Assembly (NCBI GenBank): GCA_964618455.1
Contig: CAZUAQ010000019.1
Location: 8,690 to 72,689, forward strand
From: an uncultured Planctomycetales bacterium
GTDB taxonomy: Bacteria > Planctomycetota > Phycisphaerae > UBA1845 > PWPN01
Length of the DNA: 64,000 bases
Reading direction: 5' to 3'
Part shown: in pieces, positions 27,822 through 37,450 of the stretch
How the letters are laid out: each line of letters starts with the position of its first letter
Numbering within the stretch: the stretch's first letter is position 1
The notes under the pieces: generated by a model
The model's database searches: none
Told to the model about the DNA's origin: nothing
What the model saw: the letters and a program-made list of their open reading frames with translations, nothing else
Translations under genes and position numbers: made by a program

Positions 27822-28616
27822 TCACAATGCGAGCGGTGTCAGCGAGATCCCCCCGGAGAAGACCGTATCGATGTCGGTGTCCAGCATGTATGGCCGCTTC
27901 TGGTACTCCCCGGTGTAGGTGTAGCTCGGGCTGGGGTGGGATCCGTCCGTGCAATCGTAATCGGTCAGCATCGCGTCGGTGGCATACGGCACGAGCCGTA
28001 CCGCCTCCGGCTCCCGTGACTCGGTCAGGCAGGGGAGGTTGATGTTCCACAGGGGCGTGGACCCCGGCCGTGGTGAGTACTGCGCCGCTTCCCGCTTCGT
28101 CTCCGCATGCAGGGTCTCCGTGGATGCGGAGGACATCTCCGCTTGCTCGAGACCAAGCAGCGCCGCCAGCATGGCGGACGTCCAATCGCGGCTGCGATCC
28201 CAGTCGTCGGGTACGTCGCGTCGTACGTACTGCGAGATCGCAATGGCGGGGATGCCGTGGATGGCGGATTCCCGCGCGGCGGCCACCGTCCCGGAGTAGT
28301 AGACGTCCACGCCGAGATTGCCGCCGCGATTGATGCCCGACAGCACCCAGTCCGGGCGGGGATGATCCGGAATGGCGAAAAGGGCGCGCACGCAATCGCC
28401 CGGCGTCCCATCCACGGCCAGCACCGCACCGATCCCGGCGGCCTCGCGTTGATGGCAGGTGAAGGACGCGGAGATGGCGTGGCTCTTGCCGCTTTGCGGA
28501 TGAAGGGGGGCGATCACGTCGATGATCTCGATGCCCGGCAGCAGGCGAACGGCTTCATGCAAGGCACGTATGCCCGGCGCATCGTAGCCGTCGTCGTTGG
28601 TCAGAAGAACTCGCAT
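27822..28616 (-). CDS. surE: 5'/3'-nucleotidase SurE
   Basis: MRVLLTNDDG, QSGKSH, VDGTPGDCV, SGINRGGNLG.DVYYSGTVAAA. Confidence 0.95.
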   Translation of the reverse strand: MRVLLTNDDGYDAPGIRALHEAVRLLPGIEIIDVIAPLHPQSGKSHAISASFTCHQREAAGIGAVLAVDGTPGDCVRALFAIPDHPRPDWVLSGINRGGNLGVDVYYSGTVAAARESAIHGIPAIAISQYVRRDVPDDWDRSRDWTSAMLAALLGLEQAEMSSASTETLHAETKREAAQYSPRPGSTPLWNINLPCLTESREPEAVRLVPYATDAMLTDYDCTDGSHPSPSYTYTGEYQKRPYMLDTDIDTVFSGGISLTPLAL

Positions 28617-28773
28617 ACGAAAATGATAAGGCGTGGAGTGACCGTTGTCCCGCACGTGGTGGATTCCCGTGCCTGCTTGAAGGGGCCTTGCAACACCCGG
28701 GAAAGAAATCGGGTCCGCCCCGGGGGACGGACCCGATCTGTTCATGCAGTTTCAAGGCGGGGCGTCGCTGCCC

Positions 28774-29172
28774 TCAGTTCTGGATCACGACGATCTCGTA
28801 CGATCCTGTGGGATCCACCAGTTCGCGAACCGTCAGGAAATGCGACGCGGCGGTGCCGACCTGGAACGAGTCGCTCGACACGTTGCTCACCGGGTCGGTG
28901 AAATTGGCCACGGTGTTGCCGTTGGCGTCATCCACACCGAAAACGACCCGCGATGCCGTCAGGCTGGAGGTCACCGTAATGTTCACGGTGCTGCCGACTT
29001 CGGTCGGCGTGAATGTCACGCGCGCCCGGCAGAATCCATCCTGCTCGATGGTGCATGAGGTCGTCTGACTTACCAGGGTCTCGCTGCCGATGCCCCCGGG
29101 GCATCCCTGTCCGAACAGGCACGCGACCAGCACCAGCCCGCCGAACGCCAGGAACAATCTACGCGCAGTCAT
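28774..29172 (-). CDS. Small lipoprotein, beta-sandwich
   Basis: AGGAGAG RBS, signal with GQGC lipobox, beta-strand-rich mature part. Confidence 0.65.
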   Translation of the reverse strand: MTARRLFLAFGGLVLVACLFGQGCPGGIGSETLVSQTTSCTIEQDGFCRARVTFTPTEVGSTVNITVTSSLTASRVVFGVDDANGNTVANFTDPVSNVSSDSFQVGTAASHFLTVRELVDPTGSYEIVVIQN

Positions 29173-29314
29173 GTGTAACTCTCCTTCTGATCTTGGCATC
29201 TGAGTAGGTTTCCGGTCGTGTTCGCCCGCCGTCCACGCCCGGGTACCACATATTCTATGTTCGTTCCGTAGAGATCGGTAGTCTGTACCTCCAGACTTGA
29301 GAGCGGCGTCGCAT

Positions 29315-30178
29315 TCAGATCTCCGTGGTGTCGCCCGGGTCCTGGAGGAGCTGTTGGTAGAGGTCGGACAGCTTTCGCGACAGGGGACCCGGTTTCTCGC
29401 TGCCGATGACGCGACGCTCCACGCGTGTGACCGGCATAATCTCCATCACGCTGTTCGTGAGGAACACCTCGTCCGCATCGAGCAGATCGTCGATGGTCAA
29501 GGCCCTCTCTTCGCAGGGCACGCCATGGGCCCGGGCGAGGTCCAGAACCGTCGCGCGGGTCACGCCCGGCAGGACCGGCGTGTCCAGCGGCGGGGTGAGT
29601 AAGGCTTCCTGCTTGACGACGAAAACACTGCTGATGCAGCCTTCGGCAAGATTGTTCTCGGGAGTGAACCAGAGGGCCTCGCCGCAGTGCTGTTCCTGCG
29701 CGTCGCGGAGCGCCACCAGCCGCGGGAAGTAGCAGCAGGTCTTGTGTCCCGCCAGAGGGTCCTGGGTGGACTGCCGGTAGCGCGTGCACACCTGAACGGT
29801 CATGCCTTTCTCGTAGAGCTCCTTCGGATAGCCGCTGGTTTCCTGCGCGGTAACCAGCAGAAGTGTGTTCTCCGGGTGGTCGGGATCGTGGGAGGGTGAA
29901 ATCGTGATACGCAGGCGCGCATCGGCCAGACCGTTGGCCTCGAGAACGCGCTCTACCGCTCCCGGGATTTGTTCGATCGATTCGCCCAGCAGCATCTTGA
30001 AGTGTTCCGCCGAGGCGCGGAGCCGTTCGATGTGATGCGGCAGTCGAAAGGGTTTGCCCTCGTAAGCGCGAAGTGTTTCGAACAGGCCGACCCCGTGCAG
30101 AAACGCGGGGTTCGCGACGGTGAGCATCGGCTGCATCACGTCGATGAGTTCGCCGTTGAGGTATGCTTTCAAGCTCAT
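29315..30178 (-). CDS. pabC: Aminotransferase class IV (probable 4-amino-4-deoxychorismate lyase)
   Basis: GVGLFETLR, HKT, EGCISSVF and LPGVTR motifs. Overlaps the pabB stop. Confidence 0.75.
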   Translation of the reverse strand: MSLKAYLNGELIDVMQPMLTVANPAFLHGVGLFETLRAYEGKPFRLPHHIERLRASAEHFKMLLGESIEQIPGAVERVLEANGLADARLRITISPSHDPDHPENTLLLVTAQETSGYPKELYEKGMTVQVCTRYRQSTQDPLAGHKTCCYFPRLVALRDAQEQHCGEALWFTPENNLAEGCISSVFVVKQEALLTPPLDTPVLPGVTRATVLDLARAHGVPCEERALTIDDLLDADEVFLTNSVMEIMPVTRVERRVIGSEKPGPLSRKLSDLYQQLLQDPGDTTEI

Positions 30179-31695
30179 GACCTCTCCCGTTGATTCGAGT
30201 CCAGGGGGAAGGCACCGGGGGCCGATGATCCCGTACCCATGCCCAGTGCGCGTTGCAGACCGAGGGCCTTGGCCTGCGTTTCGCGAAATTCCATTTCCGG
30301 CTCGGAGTCCGCCACGATACCGCCACCGGCGTAGAGATGAAGATGCCCTCGCGACGCGATCAGCGTGCGAATGGCGATGTTGAACGACGCCCGCCCATGC
30401 AGGCTGAAGTAACCGATCGACCCGGTGTACACCGAACGTTGCGTCGGTTCGAGTTCGTCAATGATCTCCATGGCGCGGACCTTCGGAGCCCCGGTGATCG
30501 AGCCGCCGGGAAAGCAGGCACGGAGCAGATCGATCACATCACGATCTTCCGCCAACTCGCCGCGAATTGTGGCCACGAGATGGTGAACAGTCGGGTGCGT
30601 TTCCAGCGTGTAGGGGAAAGACGCTTCTGACCGGTCGCCTGGATCGACGCATATCGATCCATACCTGCAGACGCGGCCGAGATCGTTTCGCAGCAAGTCC
30701 ACGATCATGGCCAGTTCCGCCCGATCCTTCGCGCTGGAGGCCAACTCCGCCTGATGGGCCCGATCGACGACCGCATCCCGCGAGCGCGGACGCGTTCCCT
30801 TGATCGGTCGCGTCGTGACCGTGCGATCCACCACGTTGAGAAACATTTCCGGGCTGGCGGAGAGGATGCCGCAAGGGGAGGTTTCGCGTGAAGCGTGACC
30901 CGTTGGCCCGGGGTACCACTGCATGAAGGCCGAGTGGCTTCCCGGGTTCACCTGTCGCAGGCGGAGGTAGGTCTTCCACAGCGGCTCTTGCTGTGTGTAT
31001 GTCTCCCGGCGGGCGAGATTCACCTGAAAGATGTCGCCCGCTTCAATGTATCGCCGGGCGGCCTCGACGCGCGAGAGATAATCGTCGTGGGAGAGGTTGT
31101 GCGTGCAGGATGTCACGCGCGCAGGCAGTGGACCGGGCTCGGTGACCTGGTGGCAGGCCCGCTCGAGCAGATCCTCCCAAAAAGCGAGTCGCCGTTCCGC
31201 AGGCTCGCGGGAATCCGGAAGGTCGATGGCCACCAAGGCCCATTCCCCGCGTTGATGGTCGTAGATCGCCGCCGAGTCATAGAGCCCGAACCGTGCGAGA
31301 GGCAGGCCCACATCGGCGCGGGTCGTCTGCGGGAGCCGCTCGATGAACCGGCCCGCCTCGTAGCCCAGATAGCCGATCCATCCCCCGACAAACGGCAAGG
31401 TATTCCTGCCGGAGGTATCCCGTGTGACGGATTCCGTGCGTCGCAGGCGCTGCCGCATGTCTTCAAAGGGGTCATCGCGCGATTCCTCGCTCCACTCGAG
31501 CGTCTCCAGCGGATGGCATGCCGCTAACGTCCACCGTCCATGCGCGGAGGTGGATTCCGCGCTGTCCAGCAGCACGGGCTGATCCTGGTGGCAGAGCTGG
31601 GCAATCAGCGCGTTCACGTCGGGCTGATGGTGTGAGCGTCGAATTCGTGGGACAGGGGCAGATTTCATGATGGGGCATCTACGCCGATCCGACAT
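30175..31695 (-). CDS. pabB: Aminodeoxychorismate synthase component I
   Basis: GDIFQVNL, SASPEMF, TRPIKGT, KDRAELAMIVDLLRNDLGRV, FPGGSITGAPKVRAMEII. Confidence 0.88.
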   Translation of the reverse strand: MSDRRRCPIMKSAPVPRIRRSHHQPDVNALIAQLCHQDQPVLLDSAESTSAHGRWTLAACHPLETLEWSEESRDDPFEDMRQRLRRTESVTRDTSGRNTLPFVGGWIGYLGYEAGRFIERLPQTTRADVGLPLARFGLYDSAAIYDHQRGEWALVAIDLPDSREPAERRLAFWEDLLERACHQVTEPGPLPARVTSCTHNLSHDDYLSRVEAARRYIEAGDIFQVNLARRETYTQQEPLWKTYLRLRQVNPGSHSAFMQWYPGPTGHASRETSPCGILSASPEMFLNVVDRTVTTRPIKGTRPRSRDAVVDRAHQAELASSAKDRAELAMIVDLLRNDLGRVCRYGSICVDPGDRSEASFPYTLETHPTVHHLVATIRGELAEDRDVIDLLRACFPGGSITGAPKVRAMEIIDELEPTQRSVYTGSIGYFSLHGRASFNIAIRTLIASRGHLHLYAGGGIVADSEPEMEFRETQAKALGLQRALGMGTGSSAPGAFPLDSNQRERS

Positions 31696-31825
31696 GGACG
31701 CAGGCCGTGCAGATGGGGCGATTCGCGACGGAAGGTTGGCAACGCGGGTCGGATGTCAGATCGTGCATAAATGAAGTATAGCCCTTCTACGGCTCGGCGT
31801 CACAACGGCGGCGCCCCCACGGAGG

Positions 31826-31854
31826 TTGACTTCGCTCTGGCTGAGAGGTAACTT
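31826..31854 (+). promoter_or_regulatory. Sigma70-type promoter candidate for the SH3 gene
   Basis: TTGACT - 17 bp - TAACTT. Confidence 0.45.
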
Positions 31855-31976
31855 GCCATGTTGGAGCTTTGGCGCGATGGCGCGGCCGCTTCCACGCTGA
31901 AACTTTCGGGGAATCCGGTTTCGGTCTCGTCGAATGACGGTTCTTGCGGACTCACACACGAAGAAGGATTGAGATC

Positions 31977-33590
31977 ATGATCAAGCACAGACGTCGAATG
32001 ACGCGAGGGCTGGCAACGCTCATTACCTTGACGGCGCTGGGTGTACCGCTGTCCGCACTTCAGGCCCAGTCGACACAGCCCGCCGAGGCGGATGCCGCGG
32101 GGGCGAAGCCGGCCCAGGGGCAGCGCGCCGGGATCGTCACCGGGGATCGCGTGAACGTCCGCAGCGGCTCCGACCGCAACTATTACCCCGTGACTCAGCT
32201 CAATCGCGGTGACAAGATCGTCGTGGTCGACGAGGAGTACGGCTGGTACGAAATCCTTCCTCCTGAAAAGACGTACAGCCTTGTTGAGAAGACCTACCTC
32301 GCGGTCGAGGAGGGCAGTCAGACCGGCGTCGCCAACGAGATCACCTGGGTCAAGGCGGGCAGCGAGATGAGCAATCGACGTTACGCCAACCAGGCCAAGC
32401 TTCGTCCCGGCGACAAGGTCCAGATCCTCGGCCAGACGGAGGATGGCGATTTCTACAAGATTGTTCCGCCCAAGGGGGCGACACTCTGGATTCACGGCGA
32501 CTTCGTGGACCTGACCGGGCGCGTCGAAGCCGCCGGCGGGCCGACCCCGCGTCAGGTGCGTGCCGACGATGCGGTCACGGTCAAGCCGGGGGAACTGCTC
32601 TCGGGGACGCCGAACCAGACTGTTACCATGGAAACGACGAACACGTCGCCCACCACTCAGCCGGTGTTGACGGGGACATCGACGGTCGACCTGAGCCCGG
32701 ATGAGATCGACACCACGCCGATCCGTTCTCCCGGTGAGACGATCGAGCAGAACTTTGCCGTCACACAGAGTATCGTGGAGTCGGACCAGGCGAATTTGAC
32801 GCAGTCGCAGATGGAGATCAAGGCGATCGAGGCGGAGATCGAGGCCGAGAAGGTCAAGCCGTTCCGGGAGCAATCCTACGATTCAATCATTGCCCGCCTT
32901 GAAGCGCTGGCCGCGCGAGAAGGCGATGAGGAAGAGATCACCCGCCGTTACGCCAACGCGCGGCTGATGTTGATCCGAAGGCACCTGGAAGTCATCAATG
33001 CATTGATCAGCGTCCGCTCGCTGACGACGACCGCCATCTCCGCGGCGGATGAAAAGGAGCGGGAGCGCTCCCGTATTCGCGCGGCGGAGGCCATTCCGGC
33101 GGATCGCGTGGTGGTCGAGGGGGAAGTCCAGGCCAGCACGATATATCGCGGCGAGGGCAGTCGCCCGAAGCGATGGCGTATCGTCGAGCGACCCGAGCCG
33201 TCGCGAAAGACCCGGGATGTGGATGTGCCCGCGACGCGGACGATAGCCTACATCGAACTTCCGCCCGGCAGCACGTTGAATCCGTCGCAGTACATCGGCA
33301 AGTACGTGGGGATCCGCGCCAGCCAGCGGCGCTACCTCCGTGATGCGATTCCGCCGATTCCGATCTACACGGTGGAGAACATCGTCGACATGGCGGACCG
33401 GCGGTTCATCCAAACCCCCACGACTCGCCCCGCGGGGAGCGGAAGCCCGATCGACAACAGGTTTATCACGCCCGCGGCGGGAACTTCGCGCCGCGCCGTG
33501 GAGGCCTCGCCCGACAACGTGGCCATCGTGACCCCGCTGCCCGGGCCGGCGGAGAGTAAGCCGTCGACTTCGGGCTCTTCGACGCGCTAG
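31977..33590 (+). CDS. Exported tandem bacterial SH3 domain protein with coiled coil
   Basis: Signal peptide ending ALQA, VNVRSG...GWYEI.PP and VKAGS...FYKIVPP...LWIHGDFV. Confidence 0.75.
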   Translation: MIKHRRRMTRGLATLITLTALGVPLSALQAQSTQPAEADAAGAKPAQGQRAGIVTGDRVNVRSGSDRNYYPVTQLNRGDKIVVVDEEYGWYEILPPEKTYSLVEKTYLAVEEGSQTGVANEITWVKAGSEMSNRRYANQAKLRPGDKVQILGQTEDGDFYKIVPPKGATLWIHGDFVDLTGRVEAAGGPTPRQVRADDAVTVKPGELLSGTPNQTVTMETTNTSPTTQPVLTGTSTVDLSPDEIDTTPIRSPGETIEQNFAVTQSIVESDQANLTQSQMEIKAIEAEIEAEKVKPFREQSYDSIIARLEALAAREGDEEEITRRYANARLMLIRRHLEVINALISVRSLTTTAISAADEKERERSRIRAAEAIPADRVVVEGEVQASTIYRGEGSRPKRWRIVERPEPSRKTRDVDVPATRTIAYIELPPGSTLNPSQYIGKYVGIRASQRRYLRDAIPPIPIYTVENIVDMADRRFIQTPTTRPAGSGSPIDNRFITPAAGTSRRAVEASPDNVAIVTPLPGPAESKPSTSGSSTR

Positions 33591-33705
33591 AGACGGAGAC
33601 GGTGTGGACGTGATGGGGGTCCGTTTGATTCAACGGGCCTTGCCGGCTCGATTGGAACGATACCGATCCGATGGCGCCGGGTGCCCGATCCCAGGAGTGA
33701 TTTTC

Positions 33706-33909
33706 GTGAACCGATGGAACATGACATCCCGCGTGGCTCGTCGACTCGCTTTTCTGTGCAGCGGGAGCATTCTGCTCCAGCAGGTTGGCTGTGAAGCCAT
33801 TCCCGCCAGCCTCACGGCGGGCGTGCTCAGTTCGATCTCCAACCAGGTGATTGGTAACGCCTTCAGCATCTGGCTCGGCCTCGGCCCGCTCCAGCAAAGC
33901 TTCTTCTGA
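33706..33909 (+). CDS. Small hydrophobic protein (67 aa)
   Basis: AGGAG RBS before GTG 33706, basic N-terminus, hydrophobic stretch ending QVGC, then an amphipathic helix. Confidence 0.5.
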   Translation: MNRWNMTSRVARRLAFLCSGSILLQQVGCEAIPASLTAGVLSSISNQVIGNAFSIWLGLGPLQQSFF

Positions 33910-34074
33910 TTCCCTTTTCCGTTTTCCGTCCAGGGATTTGCCTTTCTTCGCAGGGTACCGAGCATTCCCTATCGACTATATGTTCGGTTTTTGTTAGTAT
34001 CATTGAGCAGCGGAGTGGAGGGGGCCAAGGCTACAGAAGGGGAGAGCGCCGGGGCGATCCGAAGGGGGCCGTTT

Positions 34075-35373
34075 ATGGCCATGACGACGCTGTTTTTGGA
34101 TATGAACGCGTTCTTCGCGTCGGTCGAGCAGCAGTTGCAGCCGCGTTACCGCCATCGGCCGGTGGGCATCGTGCCGGTGACCGCCGGGAGTACCTGCTGC
34201 ATCGCCGTCAGCTATGAAGCCCGCAATTACGGTGTCCGCACCGGGACCATGGTGGCCGAAGCCAGGCGTCTCTGCCCCGGCATCGAGCTCGTCGAAGCCC
34301 GGCCGGAGGTGTACGTCCGCATTCACGAACGCATCACGAAGGCGGTCGCAGAATGTGTGCCGATTCACCAGGTGCATTCCATCGACGAGATGACGTGCCG
34401 GCTGCTGCGTAATGAGCGTTCGCCGGAGGTAGCGGTCGGCATCGCCCAGAAAATCAAACGCCGGTTGCGCGACACCATTGGACCCTACATCCGCTGCTCG
34501 GTCGGGATCGGCCCGAACTACCTGCTGGCCAAAGTGGCGGCCAATCTCCAGAAGCCCGACGGATTGAGCACGTTGCAGTGCCGCGATCTGCCGCACAAAA
34601 TCAAGCACCTCGACCTTGATGATTTCCCCGGCATCAGCCGGAACATGAAACGCCGGCTCGCCCAGTCCGGCGTGACCAGTGTGGAGCAGATGTACGGGCT
34701 GTCGATCGATCGGATGGAACGCGTGTGGGGCGGTATCGTCGGGCGGCGGTGGTGGCATTGGCTCCACGGAAGGGACGTGGACCTGCCCCCGATTCAGCGG
34801 CGCATGTTCGGCCATGCCCGGGTGCTTCCTCCGGAGTATCGCACCTACGACGGTGCCGAGGCCGTCATGCACCATCTCATTCACAAGGCCGCCACCCGCC
34901 TGCGCGACATGCATTACTGGGCGCGGAAGATGATTGCCTTCGCCAGTTGCAGCGGGCAGCGCTACTGGACCATGGAGGTCTCTCTCGGGCAGTGCCGCGA
35001 CACGCTGACGCTGATCGAGGTGTTCCGGAAACACTGGCCCCGCTCGCTGCCCGGCCGGCCGCTGAAAATCGGGGTGACGCTCACTTCCCTTGTCCACGAC
35101 GTCTCCGCCACACTCCCGCTTTTCGAGGAGGACCGCAAACGCGTGCAACTCTCCGACACCATGGATGCCATCAACACCCGCTTCGGAGCCCGGACGGTCT
35201 ACTTCGGCGGCATGCACCCGGCCAACCGCGCCGTCCCCACGCGGATCGCCTTCACGCAGATTCCCGGCCTCGACCATTTCCGCCGGCAGAAAATCGACAA
35301 CGACATCACCGAAATCCTGACCCACGCACGGACGTCCACCGGGGATGAGGAGGATGAAAATCTGGACAAGTGA
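34075..35373 (+). CDS. dinB: Y-family DNA polymerase (DinB/Pol IV-like)
   Basis: LFLDMNAFFASVEQ, SYEAR.YGV.TG, SIDE and KPDG motifs. Confidence 0.9.
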   Translation: MAMTTLFLDMNAFFASVEQQLQPRYRHRPVGIVPVTAGSTCCIAVSYEARNYGVRTGTMVAEARRLCPGIELVEARPEVYVRIHERITKAVAECVPIHQVHSIDEMTCRLLRNERSPEVAVGIAQKIKRRLRDTIGPYIRCSVGIGPNYLLAKVAANLQKPDGLSTLQCRDLPHKIKHLDLDDFPGISRNMKRRLAQSGVTSVEQMYGLSIDRMERVWGGIVGRRWWHWLHGRDVDLPPIQRRMFGHARVLPPEYRTYDGAEAVMHHLIHKAATRLRDMHYWARKMIAFASCSGQRYWTMEVSLGQCRDTLTLIEVFRKHWPRSLPGRPLKIGVTLTSLVHDVSATLPLFEEDRKRVQLSDTMDAINTRFGARTVYFGGMHPANRAVPTRIAFTQIPGLDHFRRQKIDNDITEILTHARTSTGDEEDENLDK

Positions 35374-35482
35374 GGTGAATCGTGGCGGAAAAAGTGGGAT
35401 CGCCGGCGATCCGCGCCGATGAACGACACGGAGCCCGCAGGCCTTCAGAGTACGCAGAAGAGGCGTTTTTCAGCGTTTGTGC

Positions 35483-35511
35483 TTGCCGATGGGGCTTGCG
35501 GTGGTGATAAT
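35483..35511 (+). promoter_or_regulatory. Sigma70-type promoter candidate for ilvB
   Basis: TTGCCG - 17 bp - GATAAT. Confidence 0.5.
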
Positions 35512-35694
35512 GATGGGCTGTCGGTCCTCGATCAGTACCGACGCCGACAATCGAAGATCAGTTCAGAGTCCGTCGACCCGACTCCGGCGATCCGGGGGCG
35601 GGGCGGCACCGGGCGAACCCGGTTGGACTCGCCTGTGCGGATCCGCGGTGATCCGGCAGGGCATCCATGGCAACCTATTGGAAAGGAGAAAACC

Positions 35695-37431
35695 ATGGCC
35701 TCCAAACCGCAGACCTCAGTCGATGCGCCTGGTCCGGGCGCGGCATCCCTGTTGGACAAGACAGGGGGGCAGATCCTCCACGAAACGCTCATCGAACAGG
35801 GTGTGGACGTGGTGTTCGGTTACCCCGGCGGAGCCATTCTGCCGACATTCGATGTCCTCCACAAATCCCCGATTCGATTCATCCTGACGCGGCACGAGCA
35901 GGGCGCCGGCCACATGGCTGACGGTTATTCCCGCGCGACCGGCAAGGTCGGTACCGCCATCGTGACCAGCGGACCCGGTGCAACCAACCTGACCACGGCG
36001 CTGGCCACCGCCTACATGGACAGCGTGCCCATGGTCGCGATCACCGGTCAGGTCGCCACCGCCGCGATCGGTAACGATGCCTTTCAGGAGGCGGATGTCG
36101 TCGGCGTCACGCGACCGGTCACCAAGCACAACGTGCTCGTGCGCGACGTGAACGACCTCGCCCGCGCGGTGCGCGAAGCGTACCACATTGCCCGGACGGG
36201 CCGGCCCGGACCGGTGCTGATCGATCTGCCGAAGGACGTGCAGGTGGCCAAGATGTCGGTCGAAGACGACGGCCAGTTGAACCTGCCTGGCTACCGTCCA
36301 CGCAGCAAGGGGAATCCGCGCCAGGTGCGACTGGCCGCCGAAGCGATCAACAAGGCGGAGCGCCCGGTGCTGTATGTCGGTGGGGGTGTCATCGCCGCCG
36401 AAGCGTCGCAAGAATTACGCGAGATATCGCGCAAGGGCAACATTCCAGTCACCACGACGCTGCTCGGAATGGGCGCGTTCGACGAGGTCGACGATGCCGG
36501 GCGCACGCTGCACATGCTGGGTATGCATGGCAGCGCCTACGCCAACTACGCCGTTCAGGCAAGCGATTGCCTGATCGCCGTGGGCGCCCGGTTCGATGAC
36601 CGCGTGACCGGCAAGATTGATAACTTCGCCCCGAACGCGCAGATCATCCACATCGACGTTGATCCCTCGAGCATCAGCAAGACGGTGGACGTGGATATTC
36701 CGGTCGTGGGCGATGCGAAACTCGTGCTGCAGGGCATGATCGAGCACATCGAGCACCGCGACCGCGGGGAGTGGTTCGACCAGATCAATGTCTGGAAGGA
36801 TAAGCACCCGTTCAGTTACGATCCCTCGCCGGACAAGATCATGCCACAGTACGTGATCGATGAGCTGAGCAATATCACGGAAGGCGAAGCGATCATCACC
36901 ACCGGCGTGGGCCAGCACCAGATGTGGGCGGCACAGTTCTACCGATGGCGGTTCCCGCGACAGATGCTGACTTCCGGCGGACTGGGCACGATGGGTTACG
37001 GCTTTCCCGCCGCGATCGGCGCGGCCGTCGGTTGCCCCGACAGGCACGTTGTCGACATCGACGGAGACGGCAGTTTCCTCATGACCTGCAACGAGCTTGC
37101 CACGGTGGCCGAGTTCAACATTCCGACCAAGGTGATCGTCCTGAACAATCACTTCCAGGGCATGGTCCGGCAGTGGCAGGAACTTTTCTACGATGGGCGC
37201 TACACCGCCGTGAAGATGACCAACCCGAGCTTTGCGAAGGTGGCCGAAGCCTTCAACTGCAAGGGTATCGACGTCAAGAACAAGGCGGATGTCCCGGACG
37301 CGCTGCGCGAGATGCTGGATCACAAGGGCCCGGTCGTGATGGACGTCCACGTGGAGGCCGAAGAGAACGTCTACCCGATGGTCGCCGCCGGCAAGAGCTT
37401 GCACGAGATGACCATGGGCGGCATGGCCTGA
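35695..37431 (+). CDS. ilvB: Acetolactate synthase large subunit
   Basis: AAAGGAG RBS, FGYPGGAILP, RHEQGAGH, TSGPGATN, GMHG, SGGLGTMG, IDGDGSF. Confidence 0.97.
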   Translation: MASKPQTSVDAPGPGAASLLDKTGGQILHETLIEQGVDVVFGYPGGAILPTFDVLHKSPIRFILTRHEQGAGHMADGYSRATGKVGTAIVTSGPGATNLTTALATAYMDSVPMVAITGQVATAAIGNDAFQEADVVGVTRPVTKHNVLVRDVNDLARAVREAYHIARTGRPGPVLIDLPKDVQVAKMSVEDDGQLNLPGYRPRSKGNPRQVRLAAEAINKAERPVLYVGGGVIAAEASQELREISRKGNIPVTTTLLGMGAFDEVDDAGRTLHMLGMHGSAYANYAVQASDCLIAVGARFDDRVTGKIDNFAPNAQIIHIDVDPSSISKTVDVDIPVVGDAKLVLQGMIEHIEHRDRGEWFDQINVWKDKHPFSYDPSPDKIMPQYVIDELSNITEGEAIITTGVGQHQMWAAQFYRWRFPRQMLTSGGLGTMGYGFPAAIGAAVGCPDRHVVDIDGDGSFLMTCNELATVAEFNIPTKVIVLNNHFQGMVRQWQELFYDGRYTAVKMTNPSFAKVAEAFNCKGIDVKNKADVPDALREMLDHKGPVVMDVHVEAEENVYPMVAAGKSLHEMTMGGMA

Positions 37432-37450
37432 GACGAACCGGAGATTCGAC

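Noticed and set aside
29169-30326. 385-aa ORF suggesting a frameshifted pabB-pabC fusion
   Set aside because: pabB and pabC are each intact with a normal ATGA overlap. This ORF is an R/P-rich alternative frame.
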